Origin: an uncultured Methylomirabilota bacterium | GTDB lineage: Bacteria > Methylomirabilota > Methylomirabilia > Methylomirabilales > 2-02-FULL-66-22 | Assembly (NCBI GenBank): GCA_963845565.1 | Contig: CAWJSJ010000005.1 | Span: 832,001 to 896,000 of the forward strand | Length of the DNA stretch: 64,000 bases | Direction: 5' to 3' | Part shown: positions 28,774-38,998 of the stretch, piece after piece | Position numbering within the stretch: position 1 is the first letter of the stretch | Layout of the letters: the number at the start of each line of letters is the position of its first letter | Notes under the pieces: model-generated | Database searches by the model: none | What the model saw: the letters and a program-made list of their open reading frames with translations, nothing else | What the model was told of the DNA's origin: nothing | Translations under genes and position numbers: made by a program

Positions 28774-30306
28774 ATGCGATTGCGCGAAATGCTCTCCGAG
28801 GTCGCCGGTGCTCAGGTCGCCGGGTCCGGCGAGATTGACATCACCGGGGTGGACCATGATTCGCGCACGGCCATCCCCGGCTCGCTCTTCGTGTGCATCC
28901 GCGGTTTCCGCCAGGACGGTCATGCCTTCATCGCCGACGCCGTGGCGCGCGGGGCGGTGGCGGTCGTCGTCGAGGACGACCCCGCGCGACTTCCCGTCCC
29001 GGCCGGCGTCACCGTCATTCGGGTTCCCGATAGCCGATCGGCGCTGGCGCGTCTGGCGGCTCGCTTTTTCAAGCATCCCAGCCGACAACTTCGCCTGGTC
29101 GGCGTGACCGGCACCAACGGAAAGACCACCACGGCGCATCTCGTGGAATCCATCCTGCGCGCTGCGGGGCATCGGGTCGGTCTGCTGGGGACCATCGAGT
29201 ACCGGTGCGGGGTGGCCACGTTCCCCGGAGAGCGAACCACGCCGGAGGCCAGCGATCTGCAACGTCTCCTGGGGCGCATGCGCGACATCGGCGCCTGGGG
29301 CGCGGCAATGGAAGTCTCGTCGCATTCCTTGATGCTGCACCGGGTGGAGGCATGCGAATTCGACGTCGGCGTCTTCACCAACCTCACACAGGACCACCTG
29401 GACTTCCACGGGACCATGGAGGGATACGCCGAGGCGAAGGCCCGCCTCTTCCAGGGCCTGGGCCGCGACCGCATCAAGCCGGGTGTGGCGGCGGCCGTCC
29501 TGAACGCCGACGATCCGTGGTCCGGCTTCATGGCCGGGCACACGGTGGCGCGGGTCGTCCGGTTCGGACTCACTTCTCCGGCCGAGATCCGCCCCCGTGA
29601 GATGCAGTTCGATCTGGCAGGCATTCGGGCGGCGGTGGAGTCTCCCTGGGGCTCTTTCGGCGTGGTCTCCGCGCTGGTCGGGCGGCATAACCTGGCGAAC
29701 ATCCTCGGCGCAGCGGGGGCGTGCCTGCATCTCGGAATCCCCCGCTCGGTGGTGGAGGCGGGGATCGCGAATCTGGCAGCCGTGCCCGGCCGCTTCGAGA
29801 AAGTCGACGCGGGCCAGCCGTTCGGTGTGGTGGTGGACTACGCGCACACTCCCGACGCCCTGGAACGGATCCTGACCTTTGCCCGCGAGTACGCCCCGGG
29901 CCGCCTGCTGGTCGTCTTCGGCTGCGGAGGGGATCGGGATCGAGGTAAGCGGCCGCGCATGGGTGAAGCCGCCGCGCGCCTTGCCGACCTGCTCTTTCTG
30001 ACCTCGGACAATCCCCGCAGCGAAGAGCCGGAATTCATCCTCAAAGAAATCGCCTCGGGCATCAAAAAGACGTTCGCTGACGGCAAGGGTCATGCTACAA
30101 TTCCGGACAGACGCGAGGCCATCGGTGCCGCCTTGGCGAACGCGCGGGGCGGCGATTTGGTGGTGATCGCAGGCAAAGGGCACGAAACCTACCAGATTCT
30201 CCGCGACCGCACGATCCCCTTCGACGACCGAGTGGTGGCACGCGAGGCGCTGACAGCCCTGGGCTACGGCGTTCCGGTGCGCGGTTCTCTCACCGAGGAC
30301 CGCTGA
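28774..30306 (+). CDS. murE: UDP-MurNAc-L-Ala-D-Glu:meso-DAP ligase
   Basis: GVTGTNGKTT, TTPE, MEVSSH, DHLDFH, DYAHTPD, SDNPR (DAP-type), GKGHE. Confidence 0.97.
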   Translation: MRLREMLSEVAGAQVAGSGEIDITGVDHDSRTAIPGSLFVCIRGFRQDGHAFIADAVARGAVAVVVEDDPARLPVPAGVTVIRVPDSRSALARLAARFFKHPSRQLRLVGVTGTNGKTTTAHLVESILRAAGHRVGLLGTIEYRCGVATFPGERTTPEASDLQRLLGRMRDIGAWGAAMEVSSHSLMLHRVEACEFDVGVFTNLTQDHLDFHGTMEGYAEAKARLFQGLGRDRIKPGVAAAVLNADDPWSGFMAGHTVARVVRFGLTSPAEIRPREMQFDLAGIRAAVESPWGSFGVVSALVGRHNLANILGAAGACLHLGIPRSVVEAGIANLAAVPGRFEKVDAGQPFGVVVDYAHTPDALERILTFAREYAPGRLLVVFGCGGDRDRGKRPRMGEAAARLADLLFLTSDNPRSEEPEFILKEIASGIKKTFADGKGHATIPDRREAIGAALANARGGDLVVIAGKGHETYQILRDRTIPFDDRVVAREALTALGYGVPVRGSLTEDR

Positions 30307-30318
30307 TGGGGCGTTTCC

Positions 30319-31086
30319 GTGTTGATCAGGATCAACGGACTGGACACGTTTTATCAATTGACGGGTCGGGGCGACCCGGTGGTCCTGTTGCATGGGTGGG
30401 GTGCCTCGAGCCAGAGCCTGGACGGCGTGGTCGGCTGCCTGGGATCGACCTTTCGGGTCCTGTCCGTGGATCTGCCCGGTTTCGGGTGGAGCCAGGCGCC
30501 GGCGGGCGCCTGGGGGATCGGGGAGTATGCGGACCATGTCCGACAACTCTTGAAACAGGTTGGCATTGGGACGACGGTACTCCTGGGTCACTCGTTCGGC
30601 GGGCGGATCGCCATTCACCTCGCCTCGCACTATCCCGGCCTGGTCTCGCGTTTGATTCTGGTGGCCAGCGCGGGCGTGCGGCCAACGCGAGGTGCCGGAT
30701 ACCACCTCCGGGTCGGCGTCACGAAGGCGCTTCGGTCTCTGCTGCGCGTGCCCGGATTGGGCGGCGTGGGGGACCGGCTCGGGTCGCGGTGGCGGGCACG
30801 GGTGGGGTCACGGGATTATCTCGCCGCGGGCCCGCTCCGGCCGACGCTTGTCAAGGTTGTGAATGAGGATCTGACGTCGATGCTGGCCATGGTCCAAGCA
30901 CCGACTCTTCTCCTGTGGGGCGACCAGGATCAGGAGGTGCGGCGCCCGGCCGTCGAGGTCATGGCCGCGAAGATCCCCCGGGCCCGATTGACCGTGTTTC
31001 CCGGGGCAGGTCATTTCCCGTTCCAGGATGCGCCGGAGAATTTCTGCGAGGCGGTGTTGGCGTTTCTGCGGGAGGGTCAGGCGTGA
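30319..31086 (+). CDS. alpha/beta hydrolase within the dcw cluster
   Basis: LHGWG, DLPGFG, GHSFGG nucleophile, WGDQD, GHF catalytic His. Confidence 0.9.
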   Translation: MLIRINGLDTFYQLTGRGDPVVLLHGWGASSQSLDGVVGCLGSTFRVLSVDLPGFGWSQAPAGAWGIGEYADHVRQLLKQVGIGTTVLLGHSFGGRIAIHLASHYPGLVSRLILVASAGVRPTRGAGYHLRVGVTKALRSLLRVPGLGGVGDRLGSRWRARVGSRDYLAAGPLRPTLVKVVNEDLTSMLAMVQAPTLLLWGDQDQEVRRPAVEVMAAKIPRARLTVFPGAGHFPFQDAPENFCEAVLAFLREGQA

Positions 31087-31108
31087 ACGCGTCGGGCGGG
31101 ATCCGCCG

Positions 31109-32746
31109 ATGACATGGCTCGGCAGAGCGGCCGGATTGCTGATCCCCTACGGGGTCGTGGTGGGTCTGCGCTGCCTGGACTGTCTCTACATCCTGCAGTT
31201 GGAACGGTACAAGCCGGACCGATACCAGAGTTGGCTGGCGAGCCATCGGCGTATCCTGGTTCCCCGGGGCGAGATCGCCCTGCAGGTCCTGACCGCCGTC
31301 GCCGCCGCGGCGCTGATCGGATTCCATTGGGTTGTGCCGGTCGCCGTCTGGGTCCTGACGGGCCATCTGGTTCGCCGCCGCCGCCGATCGATGCAGGTGA
31401 GCCAGCGGCTGCAGCGGACGGCCCGCGCGATTCGGGTGGGGGCGATGGCGCTCGGGATCGCCGTCGCCGTCGTCGCCGCGGTCCTGCTGGCGGCCGGGCT
31501 GGTATTCATCGCGCCGGCGGCCACGCTGATCGTCGGAGGGATCGCAGCGCTGGCCGTGGTTGGGATCGCGACTCCCGGCATCGTCCTGCTCGCGGCGTAC
31601 GCCATCCTCCCCTGGGAAGACGCCGTTGCGAAGCGTTTCCTGGGCGAGGCGGACCGGCGGATGCGCCGGTTTCCGGGCCGAGTGCTGGGGATCACGGGGA
31701 GCTACGGGAAGACGAGCATGAAGTACGTCGTGGCCGACCTCCTGTCGGCGCGGTACCGGGTGCTGAAGACTCCCGCGGGCGTCAACACCACGATGGGGAT
31801 CACCCGCGTCGTCCGCGAAGACCTGCGGGACGATCACGAGGTCTTCGTGGTGGAAATGTCCGCCTACGGGCCCGGCGAGATCCGCGACGTCTGCGACCTC
31901 GTGCACCCGTCGCTGGGCATTTTGACGGCGGTGGGGGTACAGCACCTGGAGCGGTTCGGCACCCCGGAGCGCATTGCCGAGGCGAAGTACGAACTGCTCG
32001 CCGCCCTGCCGTCGGGCGCGCCGGCCGTGGTCAACGCCGACGATCCGGTGTGCCTCAGTTTGGCGGCCCGCGCCCGGAGCGAGGGGAAGCGCGTGGTGCT
32101 CTACGGGATGGACCCCGCCGTCCGCGATCTCGCCGTACGGGGGATGGACATGGCGGTCAGCGCGCGCGGCAGTCGCCTTCGCGTCGTCACCGCGGCAGGG
32201 GATTCGGAGGTGTTCGACACCAAGCTGCTGGGGCGGTGGAATCTGTCGAACGTTCTTGGCGGTATCGCGGCGGCGCTGGAGTGGGGCGTTCCGCTGACCG
32301 CGATGAAACCGGCGGTGGCGGCCCTGACGCCGGCGCCGCGGCGGCTGGAGATCCACGAGGAGGGCGGCGTCATCCGGATTCTGGACGTGGCCAACGCCAA
32401 TCCCCGCGGGGCGGAGATGGCGCTGGAGGTCCTCGCCCAGTTCTCCGGCGGCTCTCGGATCCTCATCACGCCTGGGATGGTCGAACTGGGCCCGATCGAG
32501 GCCGAGGAGAACCGGCGCTTCGGCGAGAAGGCGGCGTCGGTGTGCGATTACGTCGTGCTGGTCGGACCGGAGCAGACCCGGCCGATTCGCCAGGGATTGA
32601 CGGAGCGCGGGTTTCCGGCGGAGCGGGTTCTCACCGCGCGCGGCGCGGACGAGGTCGCAGACCGACTGGCAGGTCTCGTGCGGCCGGGGGACATCCTGCT
32701 CTACGAAAACCGCCTCCCTGACACGTATCTCGAGGTTGCGCCATGA
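31109..32746 (+). CDS. murF: MurF-type ligase with N-terminal membrane domain
   Basis: Multi-TM N-terminus (LQLERYK, T.RA.R); GITGSYGKTS, NTTMG, VEMSAY, QHLE.F, NANPRG, ITPGMVELG, LYENRLPD. Confidence 0.85.
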   Translation: MTWLGRAAGLLIPYGVVVGLRCLDCLYILQLERYKPDRYQSWLASHRRILVPRGEIALQVLTAVAAAALIGFHWVVPVAVWVLTGHLVRRRRRSMQVSQRLQRTARAIRVGAMALGIAVAVVAAVLLAAGLVFIAPAATLIVGGIAALAVVGIATPGIVLLAAYAILPWEDAVAKRFLGEADRRMRRFPGRVLGITGSYGKTSMKYVVADLLSARYRVLKTPAGVNTTMGITRVVREDLRDDHEVFVVEMSAYGPGEIRDVCDLVHPSLGILTAVGVQHLERFGTPERIAEAKYELLAALPSGAPAVVNADDPVCLSLAARARSEGKRVVLYGMDPAVRDLAVRGMDMAVSARGSRLRVVTAAGDSEVFDTKLLGRWNLSNVLGGIAAALEWGVPLTAMKPAVAALTPAPRRLEIHEEGGVIRILDVANANPRGAEMALEVLAQFSGGSRILITPGMVELGPIEAEENRRFGEKAASVCDYVVLVGPEQTRPIRQGLTERGFPAERVLTARGADEVADRLAGLVRPGDILLYENRLPDTYLEVAP

Positions 32747-33993
32747 CGCGTGTGGGTTTGATCTTCGGCAGCCGCTCGGTCGAGCACGAGATCTCCATCA
32801 CGACCGCCGGTAAGGCGTACGAGGTGCTGCGTCAGCTCCGCGGCGAGTACGAGACCGTGCCGATCTACCTGACCAAAGCCGGCGCGTGGCTCACGGGTCC
32901 TGGCGTGGAGCGACTCCTGACCGTCGAGGCGGAGGGCCGCGCGTGCCAGGATCCGGCCCGCCGCAAGGCCCTCCAGGAGAGCTACAAGGCGCACCTCCAG
33001 GCGTTGGAGCGGGGTGAGGGCGAGGTGGTCCAGCAGTTCCTGCCGCCCGATCCGACGGTGCGCGGGCTCTGTGGAAATCCGGAGCGGGCCTCCTGGTTCA
33101 AGAAGGCGTTGGGACCGACCCTGGATATCGCCTTCCCGACTGTTCACGGAACGCACGGGGAGGACGGCACGCTGCAGGGCCTCTTCGAACTGGCGGACCT
33201 GCCGTACGTCGGCACCGGGGTCGCCGCGTCGGCGGCGGGGATGGACAAGATCCTGTCCAAGTTGCTCTTTCGCGGGGCAGGCCTGCCGACGGTCGAGGCG
33301 ACGTGGTTCGGTCGGCGTCAATGGCTTGCCGACGAGGCCGCGGCCGTGCACGAGGTCGAATCGCGCCTGGGCTACCCGGTGGTGGTCAAGCCGGCGGTGG
33401 CGGGCTCCAGCGTCGGCATCGCCCGCGCGGCCGGCCCGGCGGAACTCGCCAAAGCGGTGAACCACGCGATCCAGTTCAGCGCGCGGGTGCTGGTCGAAAA
33501 GGCGGTCGATGACCGTCTGGAGATCCAGTGCGCCGTGCTCGGGAACCATGCCCTGGTGGTGTCCGAGTGCGAGGAGTTGACCCAGTCGGCCGGCATCGTC
33601 AGCTTCGAGGATAAATACCTTCGCCGTCCCGGGGCCGCCGAAGCGGACCTCGCGCCCAGCCAGATCCCGGCCCGGATCCCGGCGGACTTGGCGCAGCGGG
33701 CAAAAGCGCTGGCCCTGGCGGCCTTCCAGGCGCTGGACGCGCGGGGCATCGCCCGGGTGGACATCCTGGTGGACCGGCCCACGATGCAGCCGTTTGTCAA
33801 CGAGGTCAACACGCTGCCCGGGTCGCTCTGTCTGCGCCTGTGGGAGGCCAGCGGGGTGGCGCCGGCGGCGCTGGTGCAACGCCTACTGGCGCTGGCCGTG
33901 GAGGGGCACGCGGAGAAGACCCGGACCCGGTTCGAGTCGCGCGAGGGGTCGGGCCTGGTGGATCGGAAACACTTGATGAGTCCCGGAAAGTAG
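32743..33993 (+). CDS. ddl: D-alanine-D-alanine ligase (divergent, PGSL-type)
   Basis: FGSRSVEHEIS, HGTHGEDG, MDK, VKP..GSSVG, FEDKY, RVD, NEVNTLPGSL. Confidence 0.9.
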   Translation: MTRVGLIFGSRSVEHEISITTAGKAYEVLRQLRGEYETVPIYLTKAGAWLTGPGVERLLTVEAEGRACQDPARRKALQESYKAHLQALERGEGEVVQQFLPPDPTVRGLCGNPERASWFKKALGPTLDIAFPTVHGTHGEDGTLQGLFELADLPYVGTGVAASAAGMDKILSKLLFRGAGLPTVEATWFGRRQWLADEAAAVHEVESRLGYPVVVKPAVAGSSVGIARAAGPAELAKAVNHAIQFSARVLVEKAVDDRLEIQCAVLGNHALVVSECEELTQSAGIVSFEDKYLRRPGAAEADLAPSQIPARIPADLAQRAKALALAAFQALDARGIARVDILVDRPTMQPFVNEVNTLPGSLCLRLWEASGVAPAALVQRLLALAVEGHAEKTRTRFESREGSGLVDRKHLMSPGK

Positions 33994-33999
33994 GGGCGC

Positions 34000-35082
34000 G
34001 TGCTCTACCATCTACTGGTTCCGCTGGCCAAGTTCATCGGCCCCCTGAACGTCTTCCGGTACGTCACGTTCCGGACGGCGGGGGCGTTCCTCACGGCGCT
34101 GCTCGTCACGCTACTCCTTGGGCCCAAGATCATCGATAAGCTTTCGGCGCTGCGGGCCCGGCAGGTCGTGCGCGAGGACGGGCCGCAAAGCCACCTCAAG
34201 AAGGCGGGGACGCCGACGATGGGCGGGGTCCTGATCCTGCTGGCCGTGACGTCGGCGACGCTGCTCTGGGCGCAGCTCACCAATCGATTCATCTGGCTGG
34301 CGTTGCTCACGACACTGGCGATGGGCGCCGTGGGGTTCGTGGACGACTACCTCAAAGTCACACGCGCCAACAGCGTGGGGCTGCGCCCGCGCCAGAAGTT
34401 CGTCCTGCAGGTGGCCATCGGGCTGGCGGTCGGGGTGTACTTGTATCTGTTTCCGGCCGACGAGTTCACGACCCGGCTGGCCATCCCCTTCCTGAAGCGC
34501 TGGATGCCGGAGCTGGGCGTCGCCTACGCTGCGTTTGGCATGCTGGTCATCGTGGGATGCTCGAATGCGGTCAATCTGACCGACGGCCTGGATGGCCTGG
34601 CCATCGTGCCCACGCTGATGGCCGCGGCCACCTTCACGCTGTTTGCCTATGTCGCGGGCCACGCCGCCCTCGCCCGATACCTGCAGGTCATCTACGTGCG
34701 AGGGGCCAGCGAGCTTCCGGTCTTTGCCGCGGCCCTGGTGGGGGCGAGTCTCGGGTTCCTCTGGTACAACGCCCATCCCGCGCAGGTGTTCATGGGCGAC
34801 ACGGGCTCGCTGGCGCTCGGCGGGGCGCTCGCCACGGTGGCCCTGATCACGAAGAATGAGCTCGTCCTGGTGGTGGCCGGCGGCTGCTTCGTGGTGGAAG
34901 CACTGTCGGTGATCATCCAGGTGTTCTGGTACCGGCGGACGGGACAGCGGGTCTTCCGCATGGCGCCCATCCACCACCACTATGAGCTGAACGGGCTGCC
35001 GGAGCCGAAGATCATCGTCCGGTTCTGGATCGTGTCTTTCGTGCTGCAGGTCATCTCGCTGACGACCCTGAAGCTGCGTTGA
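34000..35082 (+). CDS. mraY: phospho-N-acetylmuramoyl-pentapeptide transferase
   Basis: GTPTMGG, DDY, NAVNLTDGLDGL, FMGDTGS, MAPIHHHYE. Confidence 0.97.
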   Translation: MLYHLLVPLAKFIGPLNVFRYVTFRTAGAFLTALLVTLLLGPKIIDKLSALRARQVVREDGPQSHLKKAGTPTMGGVLILLAVTSATLLWAQLTNRFIWLALLTTLAMGAVGFVDDYLKVTRANSVGLRPRQKFVLQVAIGLAVGVYLYLFPADEFTTRLAIPFLKRWMPELGVAYAAFGMLVIVGCSNAVNLTDGLDGLAIVPTLMAAATFTLFAYVAGHAALARYLQVIYVRGASELPVFAAALVGASLGFLWYNAHPAQVFMGDTGSLALGGALATVALITKNELVLVVAGGCFVVEALSVIIQVFWYRRTGQRVFRMAPIHHHYELNGLPEPKIIVRFWIVSFVLQVISLTTLKLR

Positions 35083-35157
35083 GGGGCGATGACCGATTGC
35101 GAGCCAGTGATGACGGGCCATTGGGAATTCGTCGGTGGTCATGTGCGGGGATGAGGC

Positions 35158-36555
35158 ATGTGCCCTCAACTCGACGCTGAGTTGCACGGAAAACGGGTGA
35201 CCGTGGTCGGGCTGGCCCGGAGCGGCCTGGCAGTCTGCACGGTCCTGGCGGAGCGCGGGGCCCTGGTTGTCGGGACGGACCGATCCCCGCGCGAGACCCT
35301 CCGCGGGGATCTCGCCGACCTGGAGGCCCGCGGGGTCCGGATCGAAACCGGCGGCCATCGCGCCGAGAGCGTTCTGGGCGCCGACCTGATCGTGATCAGC
35401 CCGGGCGTGCCGACCGACATGCCGCTGCTCGCGCAGGCCCGATCGCAGGGGATCCCGGTCTGGGGCGAGGTGGAACTGGCGTCGCGCCTGACCACGGCCC
35501 GGTTCCTGGGGATCACCGGGACCAACGGGAAGAGCACCACGACCAGTCTGGTGGGGGCGATGCTGGAGTCGGCAGGTTTCCCGGTGGTGGTGGCCGGGAA
35601 CATCGGGACGGCGCTCTGCGCGGTGGTCACGACGCTGACGCCGTCACACTGGGTGGTCGCGGAGCTTTCCAGCTTCCAGCTGGAGACGATCGTGAGTTTC
35701 CGGCCGCAGGTGGCGGCCCTCCTCAACCTGGCGCCGGATCATCTGGACCGGTACGCGGATCTGGACGCCTACTACGCCGCCAAGGCCCGGATCTTCATGA
35801 ATCAGACCGCGGACGACTATGCCGTTCTGAACGCGGACGATCCGCCGACCCTGGCGTGGGCGCGCGGGGTCCGGTCCCAGCCCCGCCTCTTCAGCCGGAT
35901 GCGGACGATGGGGGACGGGGCCTTCGTACGGGACGGCCGCCTGATCGTCCGGCGGGACGGACGAACGGACGCGGTCTGCGGAATCGGCGAGATCCGGATC
36001 CCCGGACTCCACAACCTGGAGAACGGCTTGGCCGCCGCGGCCATGGCGTCGGCGATCGGCGTGCCGCCCACCGCCATCGGGGAGGCGCTCCGGCGCTTCC
36101 CGGGGCTGCCGCACCGGCTGGAGTTGGTGGCGGAGATGGACGGCGTCCGCTACGTGAATGATTCGAAGGGTACCAACGTGGGAGCGGTGGTGAAATCGCT
36201 GGAGGGGTACGCGGGCGGCGTGATCCTCATCGCGGGCGGGAAGGACAAGGGCGGAGACTTCGCGCCCCTGCGCCCACTGGTGGCCTCGCGAGTAAAAACC
36301 CTCCTGCTCATCGGCCAGGCGCGACAGGCGATTCGGGACCAACTCGCGGGTGCCTGCCCGATGGAGGAGGCGCCCACGCTGGGGGCCGCGGTGGCGCGCG
36401 GCGCCGAGATCGCGGTCGCGGGAGACACGGTGCTCTTGTCGCCGGCCTGCGCCAGCTTCGACATGTTTCGGGATTTTGAACACCGCGGCGATGTGTTCCG
36501 CCAGGCGGTGCGGGATCTGGTCTCCCGGAAAGGAGCCGGTGAACGGACGCGCTGA
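35158..36555 (+). CDS. murD: UDP-MurNAc-L-Ala:D-Glu ligase
   Basis: GLARSG, ITGTNGKSTT, ELSSFQLE, DHLDR, NDSKGTN, LSPACASFD. Confidence 0.97.
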   Translation: MCPQLDAELHGKRVTVVGLARSGLAVCTVLAERGALVVGTDRSPRETLRGDLADLEARGVRIETGGHRAESVLGADLIVISPGVPTDMPLLAQARSQGIPVWGEVELASRLTTARFLGITGTNGKSTTTSLVGAMLESAGFPVVVAGNIGTALCAVVTTLTPSHWVVAELSSFQLETIVSFRPQVAALLNLAPDHLDRYADLDAYYAAKARIFMNQTADDYAVLNADDPPTLAWARGVRSQPRLFSRMRTMGDGAFVRDGRLIVRRDGRTDAVCGIGEIRIPGLHNLENGLAAAAMASAIGVPPTAIGEALRRFPGLPHRLELVAEMDGVRYVNDSKGTNVGAVVKSLEGYAGGVILIAGGKDKGGDFAPLRPLVASRVKTLLLIGQARQAIRDQLAGACPMEEAPTLGAAVARGAEIAVAGDTVLLSPACASFDMFRDFEHRGDVFRQAVRDLVSRKGAGERTR

Positions 36556-37762
36556 CGTGTGGGTCCCGCCGATGGCGGGTCGCGACCCTTCCGCGGCGGA
36601 ACCGGACGAGGCGCTGCGCGCGCTGCGGGTCACGCGAGGTTGGCGCGCACTCCTGCCGACTCCCCAAGAGGTGGGCCGAGCACGGGGGGACCAGTGGCTG
36701 CTGGTGGCCACGCTCGTGCTGGTGGGGCTGGGCATCGTGATGATCTACAGCGCCAGCGCGATCCGGGCGCAGGAGCGGTTCGGCGATCCGACCTTCTTTC
36801 TCAAGCGGCAAGCTATTTGGGCCGGGTTGGGCTTGTTGGCCATGGGGTGGGCCGCGACCTGGGACCTCAAGCGATTTCAGCGCCTGACGCCCATTCTGTT
36901 CCTGGCGAGCCTGTTTCTGCTCCTCCTGGTGCTGGTGCCGGCCGTCGGCATCAAGATCAACGGCGCACGGCGCTGGCTCCGGTTGTTCGGGTTGTCGTTC
37001 CAGCCGGCGGAGATGGCGAAGCTGGCCGTTGTGCTGTTTCTGGCCAGCTATTTTGCCCGCCGGCAGGACCGCCTGGGCAGCTTTCTGGACGGGTTTCTGC
37101 CGCCGCTCCTGATGACGGGGTTGATGGCCGGGCTGATCATCCTGCAGCCAAATTTCGGCACCGCGGTCGTGCTCCTCATCACGGCGGCGATGATCTTCTT
37201 CGTCGGGCGGGCGCGCTTCGGCCACCTGCTGGGCACGGCGGCCGTGGCCGGCCCCGCGCTGCTGGCGCTGATGTGGATGTCCTCCCACGGCCGCACCCGA
37301 CTGCTGGCGCTGGTGGACCCTTCGCAGGTCTCCGCGCGGGCGACGTACCAACTGGATCAGTCGTTCTACGCCCTGGGACCCGGGGGCTGGATCGGACGCG
37401 GCCTCGGAAACAGCATGCAGAAGCTGTTCTTCCTCCCGGAGCCGCACAACGACTTCATCTTCGCCATTGTGGGTGAGGAGTTAGGGTTTGTGGGAGCGGT
37501 GGCCGTGGTGGGGCTGTTTGCCCTGTTCTTGTGGCGCGGCATGCGCGTGGCGGTGCGGGCGACCGATCCGTATGCCGGCTATCTGGCGATGGGGGTGACC
37601 GGCCTGATCGTGGGCCAAGCGGTCCTCAACATGTCGGTGGTGAGCGGGCTCTTGCCCACGACCGGCGTGCCGCTGCCGTTCTTGAGCTTTGGCGGATCGT
37701 CGCTGGTGATCACGCTCTTCGCCGTCGGGATCTTGCTCAACGTGTCGCGGAGAACCGAGTGA
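36539..37762 (+). CDS. ftsW: SEDS glycosyltransferase FtsW
   Basis: MIYSAS, NGARRW, FQPAE.AK, LPEPHNDFIF, PTTGVPLPFLSFGGSS; start inferred. Confidence 0.95.
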   Translation: MNGRADVWVPPMAGRDPSAAEPDEALRALRVTRGWRALLPTPQEVGRARGDQWLLVATLVLVGLGIVMIYSASAIRAQERFGDPTFFLKRQAIWAGLGLLAMGWAATWDLKRFQRLTPILFLASLFLLLLVLVPAVGIKINGARRWLRLFGLSFQPAEMAKLAVVLFLASYFARRQDRLGSFLDGFLPPLLMTGLMAGLIILQPNFGTAVVLLITAAMIFFVGRARFGHLLGTAAVAGPALLALMWMSSHGRTRLLALVDPSQVSARATYQLDQSFYALGPGGWIGRGLGNSMQKLFFLPEPHNDFIFAIVGEELGFVGAVAVVGLFALFLWRGMRVAVRATDPYAGYLAMGVTGLIVGQAVLNMSVVSGLLPTTGVPLPFLSFGGSSLVITLFAVGILLNVSRRTE

Positions 37763-37889
37763 AGCCCGTGGGCATGACGCGCAGACCGCCGGCAATGCGA
37801 AACCGACCACCGGCACCGGGTGATCGGCGGCCGAGCGTCCGCGGTGCCATTCTCTTTGTGCGCCCTCCGGGCGGGCAGAGGTTGCGCCG

Positions 37890-38987
37890 GTGCGCATCGT
37901 GATCACGGGGGGCGGGACGGGCGGCCATCTTTTCCCGGCCCTGGCGGTGCACGATGCCCTGCGGGCGCGGCGGCCGGAGGCGGACGCCCTCTTCGTCGGG
38001 ACCGCGCGCGGTGTGGAGGCGACCATCTTGCCTCGTCGGGGGTGCGCCTTCCGGGGCCTCACGGCCACCCCGGTGAGCGGGACGGGGTGGCGTGGCCGAT
38101 TCGCCGCCGCGTGGGCCCTTCCTGGGACGATCCGACAGGCCGGGCGCTTCCTGCGGGAGTTTCGCCCGCAGGTCGTGTTCGGTGTGGGCGGGTACGCCTC
38201 GGTGCCGACCGTGCTGGCCGCCGGCCTGGCGCGCATCCCCCGGGTGATCCACGAGCAGAACGCCGTCCCCGGTTTGGCGAACCGTGCGCTGGGGCGGATC
38301 GCCAGCGCGGTGGCAGTGTCCTTCGCGGAGACGACCCGCTGCTTCCCGGTGGGCCGCACGCAGGTGACCGGCAACCCGGTCCGCGCGGAGATTCGAGCGG
38401 GCGATGCGCGCGCTGCGCGGGCGCGGCTGGACCTCGATCCGGAGGCGTTTACGGTCCTCATCTTCGGCGGGAGTCAGGGCGCTCGCCGGCTGAACCAGGC
38501 CGTGCAGGAGGCGTTGCCCGCATTGGCGGCCGAGCGGGCGGGCCTGCAGTTCGTGCACGGCACCGGGGCGTCGGATCTGGCGGATGTCCGGCGGGCCTAT
38601 CAGGCGAGCGGGGTCTCGGCGCGGGTCGAGCCGTTTTTCGAGGAGATGGCGCTGGCCTATCAGGCGGCCGATTTCGCCATCTGTCGCGCCGGCGCCGGGA
38701 CGCTGTTCGAACTTGCGGCGATGGGGATACCGGCCCTGCTGGTGCCGTACCCCTACGCCGCGAACGACCACCAGCGGCTGAACGGCGAGACCGCCGTGCG
38801 GGCCGGGGCAGCCTGGATGCTTCTCGACCAGTTCTGCGACGGACCGCGGCTGGTGGCCAGCGTTCGGGCGGCGCGGGAGAAGCCCGATCAGTTGGCGGAG
38901 ATGGGACGCCGCGCCCGGACATTGGCGCGGCCCGATGCCGCGGAACGGATCGTGGACCTCTTGGAGCGTGTCGCCTTGGTAGCCTAG
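37890..38987 (+). CDS. murG: undecaprenyl-PP-MurNAc-pentapeptide GlcNAc transferase
   Basis: [37 protein letters not shown]. Confidence 0.97.
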   Translation: MRIVITGGGTGGHLFPALAVHDALRARRPEADALFVGTARGVEATILPRRGCAFRGLTATPVSGTGWRGRFAAAWALPGTIRQAGRFLREFRPQVVFGVGGYASVPTVLAAGLARIPRVIHEQNAVPGLANRALGRIASAVAVSFAETTRCFPVGRTQVTGNPVRAEIRAGDARAARARLDLDPEAFTVLIFGGSQGARRLNQAVQEALPALAAERAGLQFVHGTGASDLADVRRAYQASGVSARVEPFFEEMALAYQAADFAICRAGAGTLFELAAMGIPALLVPYPYAANDHQRLNGETAVRAGAAWMLLDQFCDGPRLVASVRAAREKPDQLAEMGRRARTLARPDAAERIVDLLERVALVA

Positions 38988-38998
38988 ACGGAGCGGAT

